Origin: Candidatus Latescibacterota bacterium | Lineage (GTDB): Bacteria > Latescibacterota > UBA2968 | Direction of reading: 5' to 3' | DNA length: 64,000 nt | NCBI GenBank assembly: GCA_965204375.1 | Contig: OZ241986.1 | Location: forward strand, 4,032,001-4,096,000 | Part shown: positions 35,164-46,175 of the stretch, piece by piece | How positions within the stretch are numbered: position 1 is the stretch's first letter | Layout of the letters: every line of letters starts with the position of its first letter | Made by a program: the position numbers and the translations under genes | The notes under the pieces: generated by a model | Told to the model about the DNA's origin: nothing | Database searches by the model: none | Seen by the model: only the letters and a program-made list of their open reading frames with translations

Positions 35164-36501
35164 TTATTCTTTCGGTTCAGGTGGTTCGGGCGGATCGGGC
35201 GGCGTGGGCGTTTCAGGCGCATCTATCTCTTCATCTGAATACAACCTCAGATTTCCCCGACCGAGTTCAATCGCAACCTTAGAACCGCCGCCATTGAGCT
35301 GCCCAGTCACGACCTGTGAGGTACGCGACACACCGGTAATAGACAGAGGCAGGTCGGTCTGGATACTCCCGCGCCCAACATAACCGTGTACATCGACTGC
35401 CGAACCATCGGGAATGGTGAGATCAACCGCGCCAGCTTTATTTTGAATCGCATAGTCATCGCCAATGGGTTTGTGTGGATGCACCGCAATCTTGCCGCCG
35501 CGACTTTGTACAATGACGCCCGCTTCGGGATTTTCAATTTCGACAGTTCCCCGATTAATCTGGACAGTAGTTGTACCAACAATATTTGCAAGATGCGTTG
35601 CGCCGCCATTATTTTTTACAACCGCATTTCTATCAACCCGACCAACTTGAATTGAACCGCGATTGTTGTTTGCAGTAAAATCACCCCCAACATGTTGCAC
35701 CGCGACATCGCCGCGGTTCTGTTTAATGCTTATATTGCCCGAAGCACCTTCCAAAATCGTTTTGCCGCGGTTATTTTTGAGGCTTGCTGCGCCATCAATT
35801 TTGGGAAGCGTGATATTGCCGTGTCTTGCCCGCACATTGAGATCGACTTTTTCGGGATGATGCAACTCAAAGTCGATCCGCACAGATCGAATGGGATCGC
35901 CTTTTTCGCGTTTGGGCACATTGGGTCGTACTTTCACAACGCCGGACTCCCGCCGTATTTGAACATCAATTTGTTCGGCATAAGCGTTCACCGCTTCTTC
36001 ATCAGTTCCCCAAACCGAGATCGTCGCGTCAATCTTGACCTCATCGCGATCCCAAATTTTCGAAATAACATGGCCTCTTGGCGTCTGCACAGATAGACGA
36101 TCAGATACCTGGATCGGTGTTGTCTCAACAAATTGTCGAACAGCTTTTTCGGGATGCTGTCGTCTATCTTCCGTCCATTGTGAAAAGGCTTCAGATGCCG
36201 TTTGCAGGGCTTCCTGAACAATCTCGCCCACATCGGGAATTGAGCGCGTGGCTTCACGCACCGCGCGTCTGGCTTTCGGCATGGCTTCGCGGATGCGTTT
36301 TTGTACTTCAACCTGAATATCCGCACCGCCGCGCCGGCGTCTGCGCTGGCGCTGACGACTTTCATTGCGTCTGCGTTGGCGATCTTCACCTCGCGGTTCT
36401 TCCGCGGTATCTCCGAGCGCATCGAGTAATTTCACGGCATCTTCCGCCGTTATTTTTCCATCTTGAATCATCTCCAGAACTTTCATGCGTTCTTCTTTCA
36501 C
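35164..36501 (-). CDS. SHOCT-like + DUF4097 beta-strand-repeat protein (YvlB/LiaX-like)
   Basis: EER.KVL.M..DGKITAEDA..LL.AL N-terminus; ~19-aa N.RG repeats. Confidence 0.8.
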   Translation of the reverse strand: MKEERMKVLEMIQDGKITAEDAVKLLDALGDTAEEPRGEDRQRRRNESRQRQRRRRRGGADIQVEVQKRIREAMPKARRAVREATRSIPDVGEIVQEALQTASEAFSQWTEDRRQHPEKAVRQFVETTPIQVSDRLSVQTPRGHVISKIWDRDEVKIDATISVWGTDEEAVNAYAEQIDVQIRRESGVVKVRPNVPKREKGDPIRSVRIDFELHHPEKVDLNVRARHGNITLPKIDGAASLKNNRGKTILEGASGNISIKQNRGDVAVQHVGGDFTANNNRGSIQVGRVDRNAVVKNNGGATHLANIVGTTTVQINRGTVEIENPEAGVIVQSRGGKIAVHPHKPIGDDYAIQNKAGAVDLTIPDGSAVDVHGYVGRGSIQTDLPLSITGVSRTSQVVTGQLNGGGSKVAIELGRGNLRLYSDEEIDAPETPTPPDPPEPPEPKE

Positions 36502-36516
36502 GATATACTCCTTTCT

Positions 36517-36906
36517 TTATTTTTTATTCATTCTTTTGAGTTCTTCCGCTGCATCCTCCACTGAAATCTCACCGGATTCGAGACGGTCGAGAACCTCTTG
36601 CTGGGACGCAGTGGACAAATCCTCCCCCTCGGAATGTGTTCCCGTTGCAAAACCGAGTTCTGCAATCACATCGTCGAGATGGTTGCGAATCGTGCTATAG
36701 GGCACGCGGAGTTCGCGCGTCATCTCTTTGACATTGCCGCGCAATCGGACAAATGTCTCGACAAAAGTCAGGTTTTCGGGTGACAGCCGGTTAAAAATAG
36801 TGGGCTGAAATTCTCCGATAACCTCACAGGCACATCGCGTGCAGCGAATGCGCGTGACAATCACATCATTTTGGCAGGCAGGGCATTTCTCAATAATTTT
36901 ACGCAT
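36517..36906 (-). CDS. DUF2089-family Zn-ribbon/HTH protein
   Basis: CPAC..C..C..GEF, FV..RGN.KEM, Y.T.R..LD, GEISVE.A. Confidence 0.85.
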   Translation of the reverse strand: MRKIIEKCPACQNDVIVTRIRCTRCACEVIGEFQPTIFNRLSPENLTFVETFVRLRGNVKEMTRELRVPYSTIRNHLDDVIAELGFATGTHSEGEDLSTASQQEVLDRLESGEISVEDAAEELKRMNKK

Positions 36907-37159
36907 TTTTATCCTTTTTTTCATTTTAGACACCAATTTAAACAAAAAGTTTCACAAAAATATAAAATATTTCAGTATTAGATGCAATTTATTTTTTACA
37001 AATATTGGTCTTTTAAATAAATTTGACTACGTTTTTATATTTATCTGACAGACGGGATCAAGACAATAAACTGATTTGAAGGACCAAAACCTTCTCATTT
37101 GACTTTTTCTAATATTTTCTTTCCTTGTTATATCTTCTCACCCCACAACGAGGCATCTA

Positions 37160-39781
37160 ATGACACGCCTATTAATCGTCCTCATCGCATTGATCAGTCT
37201 GAATACATCGGCTCATGCTCGCGTTGACCTCAGCTATTACTTGCCCGAGGGTACGACCTACGATTCCGACATCCCCACACCCGAAGCATTTTTCGGATTT
37301 CAGATTGGCGACTGGCACCTGCGGCATGACCTCATCGTGAACTACATGCGCACATTGGCCGAACGCTCCGAACGCATAGTCCTCACACAATACGCCCAAA
37401 CACACCAGCAGCGCCCCCTATTATTACTCACCATCACATCGCCGCAAAATCACCAAAACCTCGAAACCATCCAGACACAACACCGGCAACTCACAAACCC
37501 GGATCAGTCATCCGCACTCGACATCAACACAATGCCCGTAGTCGTGTACATGGGATATAGCATCCACGGCAATGAACCCAGCGGCGGCAACGCCGCGCCA
37601 TTAATTGCATATCACCTATCAGCGGCGCAAGGTCCTGCCATAGACAACCTGCTCACCAACGCCGTCATCTTGCTCGACCCCGTATCCAATCCCGACGGCT
37701 TCGGCCGCTTTGCACACTGGGCAAATATGCACCGCAGCAAACAACTCGTTGCCGATCCCGGACACCGGGAACATCGAGAAATCTGGCCGAGCGGACGCAC
37801 CAACCACTACTGGTTTGATCTCAACCGCGACTGGGTATTTATTCAACACCCCGAAAGCAGGGGGCGGATTGAAACATTCCACGCCTGGAAACCCAACATG
37901 CTCACCGACCACCATGAAATGAACACCAATTCCACTTACTTTTTTCAACCCGGCATACCCTCGCGCAACAACCCCCTCACGCCAGCACGCACCTATGAAC
38001 TCACCGCTGCAATCGCCGAACGCCACGTCAGCGCCCTCGATAAAATCGGCACGCTATATTACACACGGGAGTCATTCGACGACTTTTACATCGGCAAAGG
38101 ATCGACCTATCCCGACCTCAACGGCGGCGTGGGCCTTCTCTTTGAGCAAGCCAGCGCACGCGGACTCCTGCAAGAAAGCATTCACGGATCCATCTCATTT
38201 CCCTTTGCCATACGCAACCAGGTGCGAACTGCCCTATCAGCGCTCCAGGCGGCCCGTGAACTGCGCACCGAACTGCTATCGCATCAACGCGATTTTTATA
38301 CCTCCGCAATCCGAGAAGCCGGGGCTGCCGCCATCAAAGCTTATGTTGTTGGCGATCCGGATGACATAGCGCGCACCCATCATTTTCTCGACATACTCCA
38401 GCAGCACCACATACAGATCTACGACCTCGCGCGCCCCATGCGCGTCGGTGGTCAGACCTTCCAGCCCGGCTCGGCCTATATCATTCCCACCGCGCAACCG
38501 CAATACCGCTTGCTCACCAGCCTGTTTGAGCGCCGCACGACCTTTCGTGACAGCTTATTCTACGATGTCTCAGCCTGGACATTACCCCTGGCATTTAACA
38601 TGCCCCTGATAGAGATCAAATCGTCATCCCAGGAATTTATCGGCGACCTCTTGCCGCCGTCTAAATTTCCTCGTGGCCGTCTATCTGTATTCAACTCAGA
38701 GGTCAATACACAGACGGGTTATATTGGCGAACAGAGAGCTTATGCGTACCTCTTTGAATGGAACGGACATTACGCACCTCGCGCACTTTACCGCCTGCAA
38801 AAAGCCGGTATAAGAGCCAAAGTGGCCTCGCGACAATTCAGCATGCATATTTCCTCAGACTCGGAGAATGAGCACTTATTTGACTACGGCACCATACTCA
38901 TCCCCATGGGCATTCAAAAAAATGATCCACAAACAATTCGAAACCTCATGCAAACAATCGCACGCGAAGATGCTCTTGATGTATTTGCCGTCTCCACCGG
39001 ACAAACCGACAGCGGTATTGACCTGGGCAGCCCGGGGTTTGTCCCCCTCAAAATACCTCAAATAGCCCTTTTAATTGGCAAAGGCGCCGATGTCTATAAC
39101 GCCGGTGAAGTGTGGCATTTGTTAGACCAGCGCTATAACATGTCGATCAGCCTCATAGACGCCAGCCATGTGCGCGATATAGACCTCAATCGCTATAATA
39201 CAGTAATCGCAGCAGGCGGATCTTATAGCAACCTCGACTCTACTGGCGTCAACGCCTTAAAACAGTGGCTGCGTCAGGGCAACACACTCATTGCCCTCAA
39301 CAGTGCTGTTCACTGGGCCATCGATTCCAAACTCGCCAGTGCCCAATTCATCAAGCGATCTCGAGAAAATTCCGGTGAACGCAAAGCTTATATCAATGCG
39401 CCCAGCGATCGGGGAGCGCAAATTATTGGCGGTGCTATCTTTCGGGTGCACCTGGATCGCACCCATCCCCTCGCCTATGGGTATCGCAATGATAACCTGC
39501 CAGTCTTTCGGCGCGGCACACTCTTTATCAAACCCGTAAACCCTTATGCCACCCCTTTGCAATACACCAAACAGCCCTTGCTCGCAGGTTATATCTCTGA
39601 ACAGAACCACAATTACATCGCCGAAACCGCATCCACCCTCGTCGCCAAACAGGGCAATGGCCGCGTCATACTCATGCTCGACAACCCCACCTTCCGCGCC
39701 TATTGGTACGGCACCCAAAAACTCTTTGCCAACGCCCTCTTTTTCGGTCCCACCATCAGCCTTCGCACATTAGGCGAGTAA
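37160..39781 (+). CDS. Secreted M14 zinc carboxypeptidase
   Basis: Signal peptide; HGNE, NPDG, DLNRD, DHHEM. Confidence 0.88.
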   Translation: MTRLLIVLIALISLNTSAHARVDLSYYLPEGTTYDSDIPTPEAFFGFQIGDWHLRHDLIVNYMRTLAERSERIVLTQYAQTHQQRPLLLLTITSPQNHQNLETIQTQHRQLTNPDQSSALDINTMPVVVYMGYSIHGNEPSGGNAAPLIAYHLSAAQGPAIDNLLTNAVILLDPVSNPDGFGRFAHWANMHRSKQLVADPGHREHREIWPSGRTNHYWFDLNRDWVFIQHPESRGRIETFHAWKPNMLTDHHEMNTNSTYFFQPGIPSRNNPLTPARTYELTAAIAERHVSALDKIGTLYYTRESFDDFYIGKGSTYPDLNGGVGLLFEQASARGLLQESIHGSISFPFAIRNQVRTALSALQAARELRTELLSHQRDFYTSAIREAGAAAIKAYVVGDPDDIARTHHFLDILQQHHIQIYDLARPMRVGGQTFQPGSAYIIPTAQPQYRLLTSLFERRTTFRDSLFYDVSAWTLPLAFNMPLIEIKSSSQEFIGDLLPPSKFPRGRLSVFNSEVNTQTGYIGEQRAYAYLFEWNGHYAPRALYRLQKAGIRAKVASRQFSMHISSDSENEHLFDYGTILIPMGIQKNDPQTIRNLMQTIAREDALDVFAVSTGQTDSGIDLGSPGFVPLKIPQIALLIGKGADVYNAGEVWHLLDQRYNMSISLIDASHVRDIDLNRYNTVIAAGGSYSNLDSTGVNALKQWLRQGNTLIALNSAVHWAIDSKLASAQFIKRSRENSGERKAYINAPSDRGAQIIGGAIFRVHLDRTHPLAYGYRNDNLPVFRRGTLFIKPVNPYATPLQYTKQPLLAGYISEQNHNYIAETASTLVAKQGNGRVILMLDNPTFRAYWYGTQKLFANALFFGPTISLRTLGE

Positions 39782-39806
39782 CAGGCGCGTTCCACCTTGC
39801 ACAAAA

Positions 39807-39844
39807 TAAAAGAGCACTGATTCTCACAAATCAGTGCTCTTTTT
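39807..39844. terminator. Bidirectional terminator
   Basis: aaaagagcactgatt-ctcaca-aatcagtgctctttt. Confidence 0.8.
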
Positions 39845-39863
39845 ATCATCCTCATCACGGTAT

Positions 39864-40634
39864 TCACCGTTGAATATCATGGCGCGTGGCATCTCTCGGC
39901 ACGGGCAAAACAAAGTCCTCGTCGGACAAACCCGTATTAATAGCGCGCGATTTGACCTGGATGAGAATGACATCCTCGCCCTGCTGAATCTCGATACGCC
40001 GGGGCAGTGCAAAGCCGCCATCCATGCGATAATCGGACAGAATGCGCGCCGACACGAATTGTCCATCGCCGTTATAGACCCTCTCCTCGCGTAAAAAACC
40101 CGTATGCGCCTCAATCCAGAGACGGCGCAAATAAAGATCGTATTGCAACTCGAGAAAAATATTTTCTTTCCCGGGTTCAAAACGCACCACGCGGGCGGCA
40201 TCTATGGGGGAAAGATTGGGCAAGCCGAGAATAGCGCGATCATACGCATAATAGGACAGATCGACATCCGTGAGCACGTAGAGCACATCTTCGGGAGGAC
40301 CCACGAGATAGCGGTTTTCTCGGGGCAGGTGAACGTGCAGCGTATCATCCTGGGCACGCGCGGCCATGACCACGGTACCAAAACCACCAACGACGAGTTT
40401 GAGATCTGAAGGCAATCGGTGGCGCACAAGCGCAGAAGCCCTGCGTTCGCGCACCCCATCAATAGTGAGGTCAATACTCGCGCGAACCTCCTGACTGCGC
40501 AGGCTGTCGTAGCGGGTAGCGATGAGATCGAAAAATTCGGCTGAAGAAGTAACAGGCGGCAACAGAGGGGGACGGTTGGCGACACAGCCGCCGAGGAAAA
40601 AGAAAAAAATTAGCAGGAATCTATGATTGCGCAT
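39864..40634 (-). CDS. Lipoprotein, LolB/DUF4292-like
   Basis: Lipobox LGGC; beta-rich; C-terminal IN.GL.DE.F.L.VP. Confidence 0.65.
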   Translation of the reverse strand: MRNHRFLLIFFFFLGGCVANRPPLLPPVTSSAEFFDLIATRYDSLRSQEVRASIDLTIDGVRERRASALVRHRLPSDLKLVVGGFGTVVMAARAQDDTLHVHLPRENRYLVGPPEDVLYVLTDVDLSYYAYDRAILGLPNLSPIDAARVVRFEPGKENIFLELQYDLYLRRLWIEAHTGFLREERVYNGDGQFVSARILSDYRMDGGFALPRRIEIQQGEDVILIQVKSRAINTGLSDEDFVLPVPRDATRHDIQR

Positions 40635-40665
40635 TTGGCATTTAAGACGGGGGAACGGAGTACGT

Positions 40666-42570
40666 CTATTCGGAATAACTGGCGTCTTTGGAAAAATTTT
40701 CGAATTTTTTCCGCAGAGTCTGGTTATCGGGATCAAATTCTATAGCGCGTTCATAGTGGTGGCTTGCGCGGGAGAAATCGCCCATTTTGTGCGCTGCGTC
40801 GCCCGCGTGCTCGTGAATAACCGCGAGATTTTCGCGCAGACCATCTACAATTGGGGAATTGGGATCGGTTTGGCGAAGGGTTTCTTCCTCTACGGCGAGT
40901 GCGCGGTCCAGCCAGCGCGCGGCGTTCTCGTACTGCTTGAGCTGATAATAGACCCAGCCGAGGCTGTCGAGATAAGCGCCGTTCTCTGGATCAATCTTCA
41001 GAGCGCGTTCAATTAACTTTTTTGCCTCGGTGAGGCGTTCACCGCGCTCGGCGAGCATATACCCCAAATAATTGCTGGCATCTGCGTGATCCTGATCCAG
41101 CGCCAAAAGGCGCTGAAATATTGCGACAGCGCGATCGAACTGTCCCGCACGTTCAAGGCTGCGCCCCAGATCAAAGAGCACATGCTCGAGAAACTCGGGA
41201 TTATTTTCCGTATCGGCGACGAGTGGCTCCAGCAGGGGAATGGCTTTTTCCCAGTTGCGATCAAAAAGATATGTACGTGCCAGTTCGTAGCGAAAACCCG
41301 TATTTTGGGGTCTCGCGTCAACAGCCTGTTGATAGATCGTGCGCGCACTGGCAATTTCGTTTTGGCGCAAATAAACGCGGGCAAGATCAAACGCGATTTG
41401 ATCGTAATACTCGCTTTCAGGGCGCGCATCTCGATGGAGCTTTTCCAGGACCTGTTGCGCGCTTGCCCAGTTTTCCTCGGCCCTGTACGAACGGGCAATG
41501 CCGAGATGATATTCGGTCTTTTCACCCTGTAAATTGGCGTGGCGATAGGTTTTGCGCGCATCGGCCGTACGGTTGGCATCGAGCAACAAACGGGCTTTTA
41601 TGCCCAGCAGAGTCTGGTTTTCGGGATCGGTTTGCAACTGGTGATTGAGAACGCGTTCGGCCATATCGACAAATAGCATTTTCTCGTCGTGATCGTGACG
41701 TCCCTTCACCATTCTGAGGAGCACATTGCCCAACTGATTGACCAAACGAGCATCTGGTTCTTCAAAGAGGTAATTGAGATAGGGTTCGTGGCTGTAAATG
41801 TGTACTAACTGAACCCAGACCGGGACGGTCTCCTTGGTAACGCGATAATCTTGCCGCGCGATTATTCCCCGAAAATTTTGTTCTGCAGCCAACGTATCGC
41901 CCCGAGAGAGATGTGTTATGCCCAGCTTAAACTGGAGATCATCGTTATTGGGGTCCTCTTCGAGAATATCGCGATAAATCTGCGCTGCTTTGTCAAACGC
42001 GCGCTGCCGATTGTAGATGTCAGCGGCAAAGCGCTTTTCGCGCGCGCCCATCAGTCCGGGCATAGCAACAATGCTATCGAGCAATGTCAGAACCTTGCCG
42101 CGCTGGCCCCTGGCCCTGTAAATCTGGAAAAGATGTTGATAAGCACTCAGATCTCGTGGCACGAGGCGCACAATGGCATTTAACTGGTCAATCGCTCTGG
42201 TAGTATCGCGCAGGCCCCGGCTGAGAGCTTCGTAATAGAGCCAGCGAATTTGCACATCTTTCGGATCGATTTGGACGGCTCGCCGCGCGGGTTCAACCGC
42301 CTGTTGAAATCGCCGAACAGCATTGAGATTGCGAGCCAGTGCGCTATAGAGTGTCGCAGAGGTTGAGTCGTATTGCACAGCGGCTTGCAATTCTTCAATA
42401 GCCCGATCGCGTTGGCCTGCGGATTCTGCAAATCGCGCCCGCAAAAAGTGCGTGACAGCATGGGGATGAGGGGGTGCTTTTTTGGGTACAGAGCGCAAGC
42501 TAATCTGCGGTTGCTGCGGTGATACACAGCCGATGAGCAGTGTGAACAAAAAACAGAATGTGTAACGCAT
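40666..42570 (-). CDS. TPR-repeat lipoprotein
   Basis: Lipobox LIGC; multiple TPRs; NYLGY.LA...P.NGAYLDSLGW. Confidence 0.85.
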   Translation of the reverse strand: MRYTFCFLFTLLIGCVSPQQPQISLRSVPKKAPPHPHAVTHFLRARFAESAGQRDRAIEELQAAVQYDSTSATLYSALARNLNAVRRFQQAVEPARRAVQIDPKDVQIRWLYYEALSRGLRDTTRAIDQLNAIVRLVPRDLSAYQHLFQIYRARGQRGKVLTLLDSIVAMPGLMGAREKRFAADIYNRQRAFDKAAQIYRDILEEDPNNDDLQFKLGITHLSRGDTLAAEQNFRGIIARQDYRVTKETVPVWVQLVHIYSHEPYLNYLFEEPDARLVNQLGNVLLRMVKGRHDHDEKMLFVDMAERVLNHQLQTDPENQTLLGIKARLLLDANRTADARKTYRHANLQGEKTEYHLGIARSYRAEENWASAQQVLEKLHRDARPESEYYDQIAFDLARVYLRQNEIASARTIYQQAVDARPQNTGFRYELARTYLFDRNWEKAIPLLEPLVADTENNPEFLEHVLFDLGRSLERAGQFDRAVAIFQRLLALDQDHADASNYLGYMLAERGERLTEAKKLIERALKIDPENGAYLDSLGWVYYQLKQYENAARWLDRALAVEEETLRQTDPNSPIVDGLRENLAVIHEHAGDAAHKMGDFSRASHHYERAIEFDPDNQTLRKKFENFSKDASYSE

Positions 42571-42575
42571 GATCG

Positions 42576-43826
42576 TTAATCCCTATGTGGGCGAGTTTTT
42601 GATTTGGGTTTTTTGAACTCCCACATCAGTTCGCTGCGGCCAAAATCGGTTTCGTGAGACTGTACGATGAGTTTGATATACTTTGTCTGATCTGAAACAA
42701 CCGGTGTTTTCATAACAGTATGCGCGGAAAAATAGAGTATAAGCAATTTTTCATTGCCCACATAAGTAATATTCACGGGCGGCTCTGCAAAATAGCGCAC
42801 TTTTTCACCAGGCGTATAAGTGGGATAAATATACGTGCCAAATACATCTGTGACTTCGATTTCTCTACCCGGCACAGAAACCTGGAGTGCTTCGAGCGGA
42901 TAAAATGCCCGCTCTTCAATTTTGTCGGGCTCATACCCGATGTCTTCGCTGTCTTCGAGATAAATTGTCCAGCGACTCAGATCGAGATATGCCTTGTCGT
43001 AGATGGTATTGAATTTTAAGCGAATTTGAATATCGTCACCGAGTTGGTTCTGGCGCGCATAATCGTCCCAGGTCTGCGCAGAAATGCTATCGGGGCCGTA
43101 GTGGGTCTGCAACATATCAAATTCTGAACGCACGAGATCCGGAACGTACAGCGTCGCTGAAATGAGCAACGGGGAACGCACGACGCGATAGCGTTCGGAA
43201 ACCCCCAACTCTCGGAATTGCAAATCGGGATGCTCGGCAATACTCGGCGCCTGCGGCAAATCATCTATGGGACGCACCGAGGGAATAAAGCTGCGCACAG
43301 TCCATAACCTGAGCAATTGGGGATATGTCCAGGTGTTACCCGGATCGGGTTCTGAAGGCAGGGTGAGTTTATAGACCTCCTTTTTTCCCGAAAACTCCGG
43401 AAAAAGCGGAGAGTTTTGAACGTGGTAATAGGGATATTGCGCGATGGGAATGGCAAAAACATCGCCCTTGTCGATCAGCTTATCCAGGCGTTCAATTTGC
43501 TTGCTATCGAGCGCAGTTTTGAGCGCATCAAATACGGCACTGGCACTGTCATTCGCGCTCTGGCGCAGACTTCTCAGATCCTTGAGTTTTGGAATATAGC
43601 CCTGCCACAAAAGGGCTTCGTTGGTTCGGCGCGCGCGTTCAGTTTGATATGCAATCACGATATCGCGAAGTGCGGAAACGTGTTTGGCAACATGTTCTTT
43701 CTGATCGCCCTGCGCCTTGAGGTGCTTGCTCAACCGGTCCGCTTCAAGCAGATCCTTCGTATTGGCACCCCAGGCGGTCTGAAGCGCAAAAAGTAAAACC
43801 GCGACAAAACTGGCTCGGAAAAACAT
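42576..43826 (-). CDS. Secreted hypothetical protein
   Basis: Signal peptide MFFRASFVAVLLFALQTAWG; in an operon-like run with rnr. Confidence 0.6.
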   Translation of the reverse strand: MFFRASFVAVLLFALQTAWGANTKDLLEADRLSKHLKAQGDQKEHVAKHVSALRDIVIAYQTERARRTNEALLWQGYIPKLKDLRSLRQSANDSASAVFDALKTALDSKQIERLDKLIDKGDVFAIPIAQYPYYHVQNSPLFPEFSGKKEVYKLTLPSEPDPGNTWTYPQLLRLWTVRSFIPSVRPIDDLPQAPSIAEHPDLQFRELGVSERYRVVRSPLLISATLYVPDLVRSEFDMLQTHYGPDSISAQTWDDYARQNQLGDDIQIRLKFNTIYDKAYLDLSRWTIYLEDSEDIGYEPDKIEERAFYPLEALQVSVPGREIEVTDVFGTYIYPTYTPGEKVRYFAEPPVNITYVGNEKLLILYFSAHTVMKTPVVSDQTKYIKLIVQSHETDFGRSELMWEFKKPKSKTRPHRD

Positions 43827-43906
43827 GATATATCCCGTGTTTATTTTATGTTTAAAACCAACCCTCTTTTTTAATGTTTGAGAGTCCAAAAGGTTCAAAA
43901 TTGTGT

Positions 43907-46072
43907 TTATCTCCTCCCATGTCTCTTCCGCGAGCCTTTGGGGCGATCATTTTGCGCATGTGACAAAAGGTGAAAATCTATCCGCAGGCGTTGCTGGTCG
44001 AGTTGGGCGAGTTGTACTTGAACCGAATCCCCAAGTCGGAAAATCGTTCCCGTGGATTCGCCAACGAGAGCGCCTTGCAACTCGTGGTAAATATAATAAT
44101 CATCCCAGAGATATTTTACGTGAACCAGGCCCTCGATGAGCACATCATTGAGTTGAACAAAAAAACCAATAGAACGCACATCGACGATAACAGCATCAAA
44201 ACACTCGCCTATCTTATCTTTCAAATAGAGAATTTGCATAAGCCGAATAGCATCCCACTCGGCTTGTTGCGCGGCGATCTCGCGTTGCGTCGCCAGATCC
44301 CCAATATCGGACAGACGACGTGCGCGGCGCGCCATCTGTCCGGACGTGCTATCATCGTTAATCGCATCGCGCAAAATCCGGTGAAGAATCAGATCGGGAT
44401 AGCGCCGAATGGGCGATGTAAAATGCGTATAAGTATCACAAGCCAACCCGAAATGACCGACATTGTCGGGTGTGTACACCGCTTTCTTCATCGAGCGCAA
44501 CAGGCGATTACTCAAAATATAACCAACAGGCTCATCCTTGAAATTTGCGAGAAACGCCTGGATATTTTCCGCCCGCGAAGGATTGGAAAGGCGATACCCC
44601 AATGTTCTCGCCAGATCGCAAAACGCGGCGAGTTTTTCACCGTCGGGCGGTTCGTGGACGCGATAGAGAATCGGGATACCGCTATCGGCCATGCGCCGGG
44701 CAACGATTTCATTTGCCAGAAGCATAAATTCTTCAATAAGACGATGACTATTCAAACGAGCGCGGGGACCAATGTGAATGGGATGGCCCTGATCGTCGAG
44801 AATAATACGCGGTTCGGGAATCTCAAAGTCAATCGTCCCCCTTGCCATGCGTTTCTCTGTCAGACGACTTCTCAGAGCCTCCATATACATGAGAACATCG
44901 GCATACGGTTCGGCGGGATTGGCCGCGCCCTTATCGCAATCGAGCACGCGCTGAACCTCTTCATAAGACAGGCTCGCGCAGCTGCGTATAACCGTCTCTG
45001 CAATTTGGGCGTCAATCAACTCGCCATCGGGGGTGATATGCGCCAGAATACTCAGAGCAAGGCGATCTTCACCGGGCTGCAAAGAACAAATGTCCGCAGA
45101 GAGCTTTTCCGGCAACATGGGAATGACGCGGTCGGGAAAATACACACTACTCCCGCGTGCGAGGGCTTCGTGATCGAGGGGCGAGCCTTCGGGAACATAG
45201 TAGCTGACATCGGCAATGTGAATACCCAGACAATAGGTCTGATCATCGAGAACCTGAAGCGACACGGCATCGTCGTGATCGCGCGCATCAACTGGATCAA
45301 TGGTAAAACAGGTCAAATCGCGCAAATCGAGGCGACGGTCAATCTCCTCTGCGGGAATATCTTCTGGAATCGCTTCTATAACATCGAGTACATGTTGAGG
45401 AAAATCGAGAGGAAGGCCGAGTTTTTTGATGAGAATCAGGGTCTCAATCCCCGCATCGTCCGCATTGCCCAGAACCTCGACAATCTGACCATCGGGATGG
45501 GCATTGGGTGAGGAATATTTAAGGCGCACAACCACCTTTTGCCCCGCCTGAGCGCCACAGGTCAGGTCATCGGGGATATGAACGCGTGCGCGGATGCGCG
45601 GATCGTCGGAAGTAACGAGAGAAACGCCATCATACGTACCCACCATTGTTTGCTCGGCGCGTTCCACAATGCGAACCAACTCGCCCTCTGCGCGATCGTT
45701 ACCCCGTGCCCTGCGCGTAAGGCGCACCAGAGCGCGATCACCGTGTCGCGCACGCCTCATGTATCTCGCACCAATAAAAATATCTGCGCCGCCATCGTCG
45801 GGCGCGAGCAAGCCATATCCACTGGCCTGAACACTGATGCGACCAACGACGAGATTGTGTTCAGACGGAATGCCGTAACGGCTGCGACGCAACTTTACGA
45901 GGTCACCATCGCGCACCATGCGGCGAATCAGTCGGCGAAAATCTGAATAAGCCCGATCGGAAACGCGAAGCGCGCGAGCAAGTTCCCTGATCTTGAGTGG
46001 ACGCCTGTGTTGTTGACGCACAAAATTCAGTACTTGATCACGAGAGACAGACATATTTTTTACAGGAGCCAA
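43907..46072 (-). CDS. rnr: Ribonuclease R
   Basis: N-terminal wHTH, cold-shock domains, TIDP.DA.D.DDA, HFTSPIRRYPDL, S1 domain, basic tail. Confidence 0.95.
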   Translation of the reverse strand: MAPVKNMSVSRDQVLNFVRQQHRRPLKIRELARALRVSDRAYSDFRRLIRRMVRDGDLVKLRRSRYGIPSEHNLVVGRISVQASGYGLLAPDDGGADIFIGARYMRRARHGDRALVRLTRRARGNDRAEGELVRIVERAEQTMVGTYDGVSLVTSDDPRIRARVHIPDDLTCGAQAGQKVVVRLKYSSPNAHPDGQIVEVLGNADDAGIETLILIKKLGLPLDFPQHVLDVIEAIPEDIPAEEIDRRLDLRDLTCFTIDPVDARDHDDAVSLQVLDDQTYCLGIHIADVSYYVPEGSPLDHEALARGSSVYFPDRVIPMLPEKLSADICSLQPGEDRLALSILAHITPDGELIDAQIAETVIRSCASLSYEEVQRVLDCDKGAANPAEPYADVLMYMEALRSRLTEKRMARGTIDFEIPEPRIILDDQGHPIHIGPRARLNSHRLIEEFMLLANEIVARRMADSGIPILYRVHEPPDGEKLAAFCDLARTLGYRLSNPSRAENIQAFLANFKDEPVGYILSNRLLRSMKKAVYTPDNVGHFGLACDTYTHFTSPIRRYPDLILHRILRDAINDDSTSGQMARRARRLSDIGDLATQREIAAQQAEWDAIRLMQILYLKDKIGECFDAVIVDVRSIGFFVQLNDVLIEGLVHVKYLWDDYYIYHELQGALVGESTGTIFRLGDSVQVQLAQLDQQRLRIDFHLLSHAQNDRPKGSRKRHGRR

Positions 46073-46175
46073 TGGCAGACAAATAGGCGGGAGATATGGT
46101 GGCGGTGTTTGAGCTAAAGTATTATACTGCTGTGGAAAACTCAGGGCAAATATACGGAAAGGGCGCGAAAAAGCA

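Noticed and set aside
43970-45511. Long antisense ORFs (513 aa here; also 2148-3272, 17127-17765, 59895-60711, 60967-61665)
   Set aside because: Shadow frames opposite well-supported genes, with no recognisable motifs.
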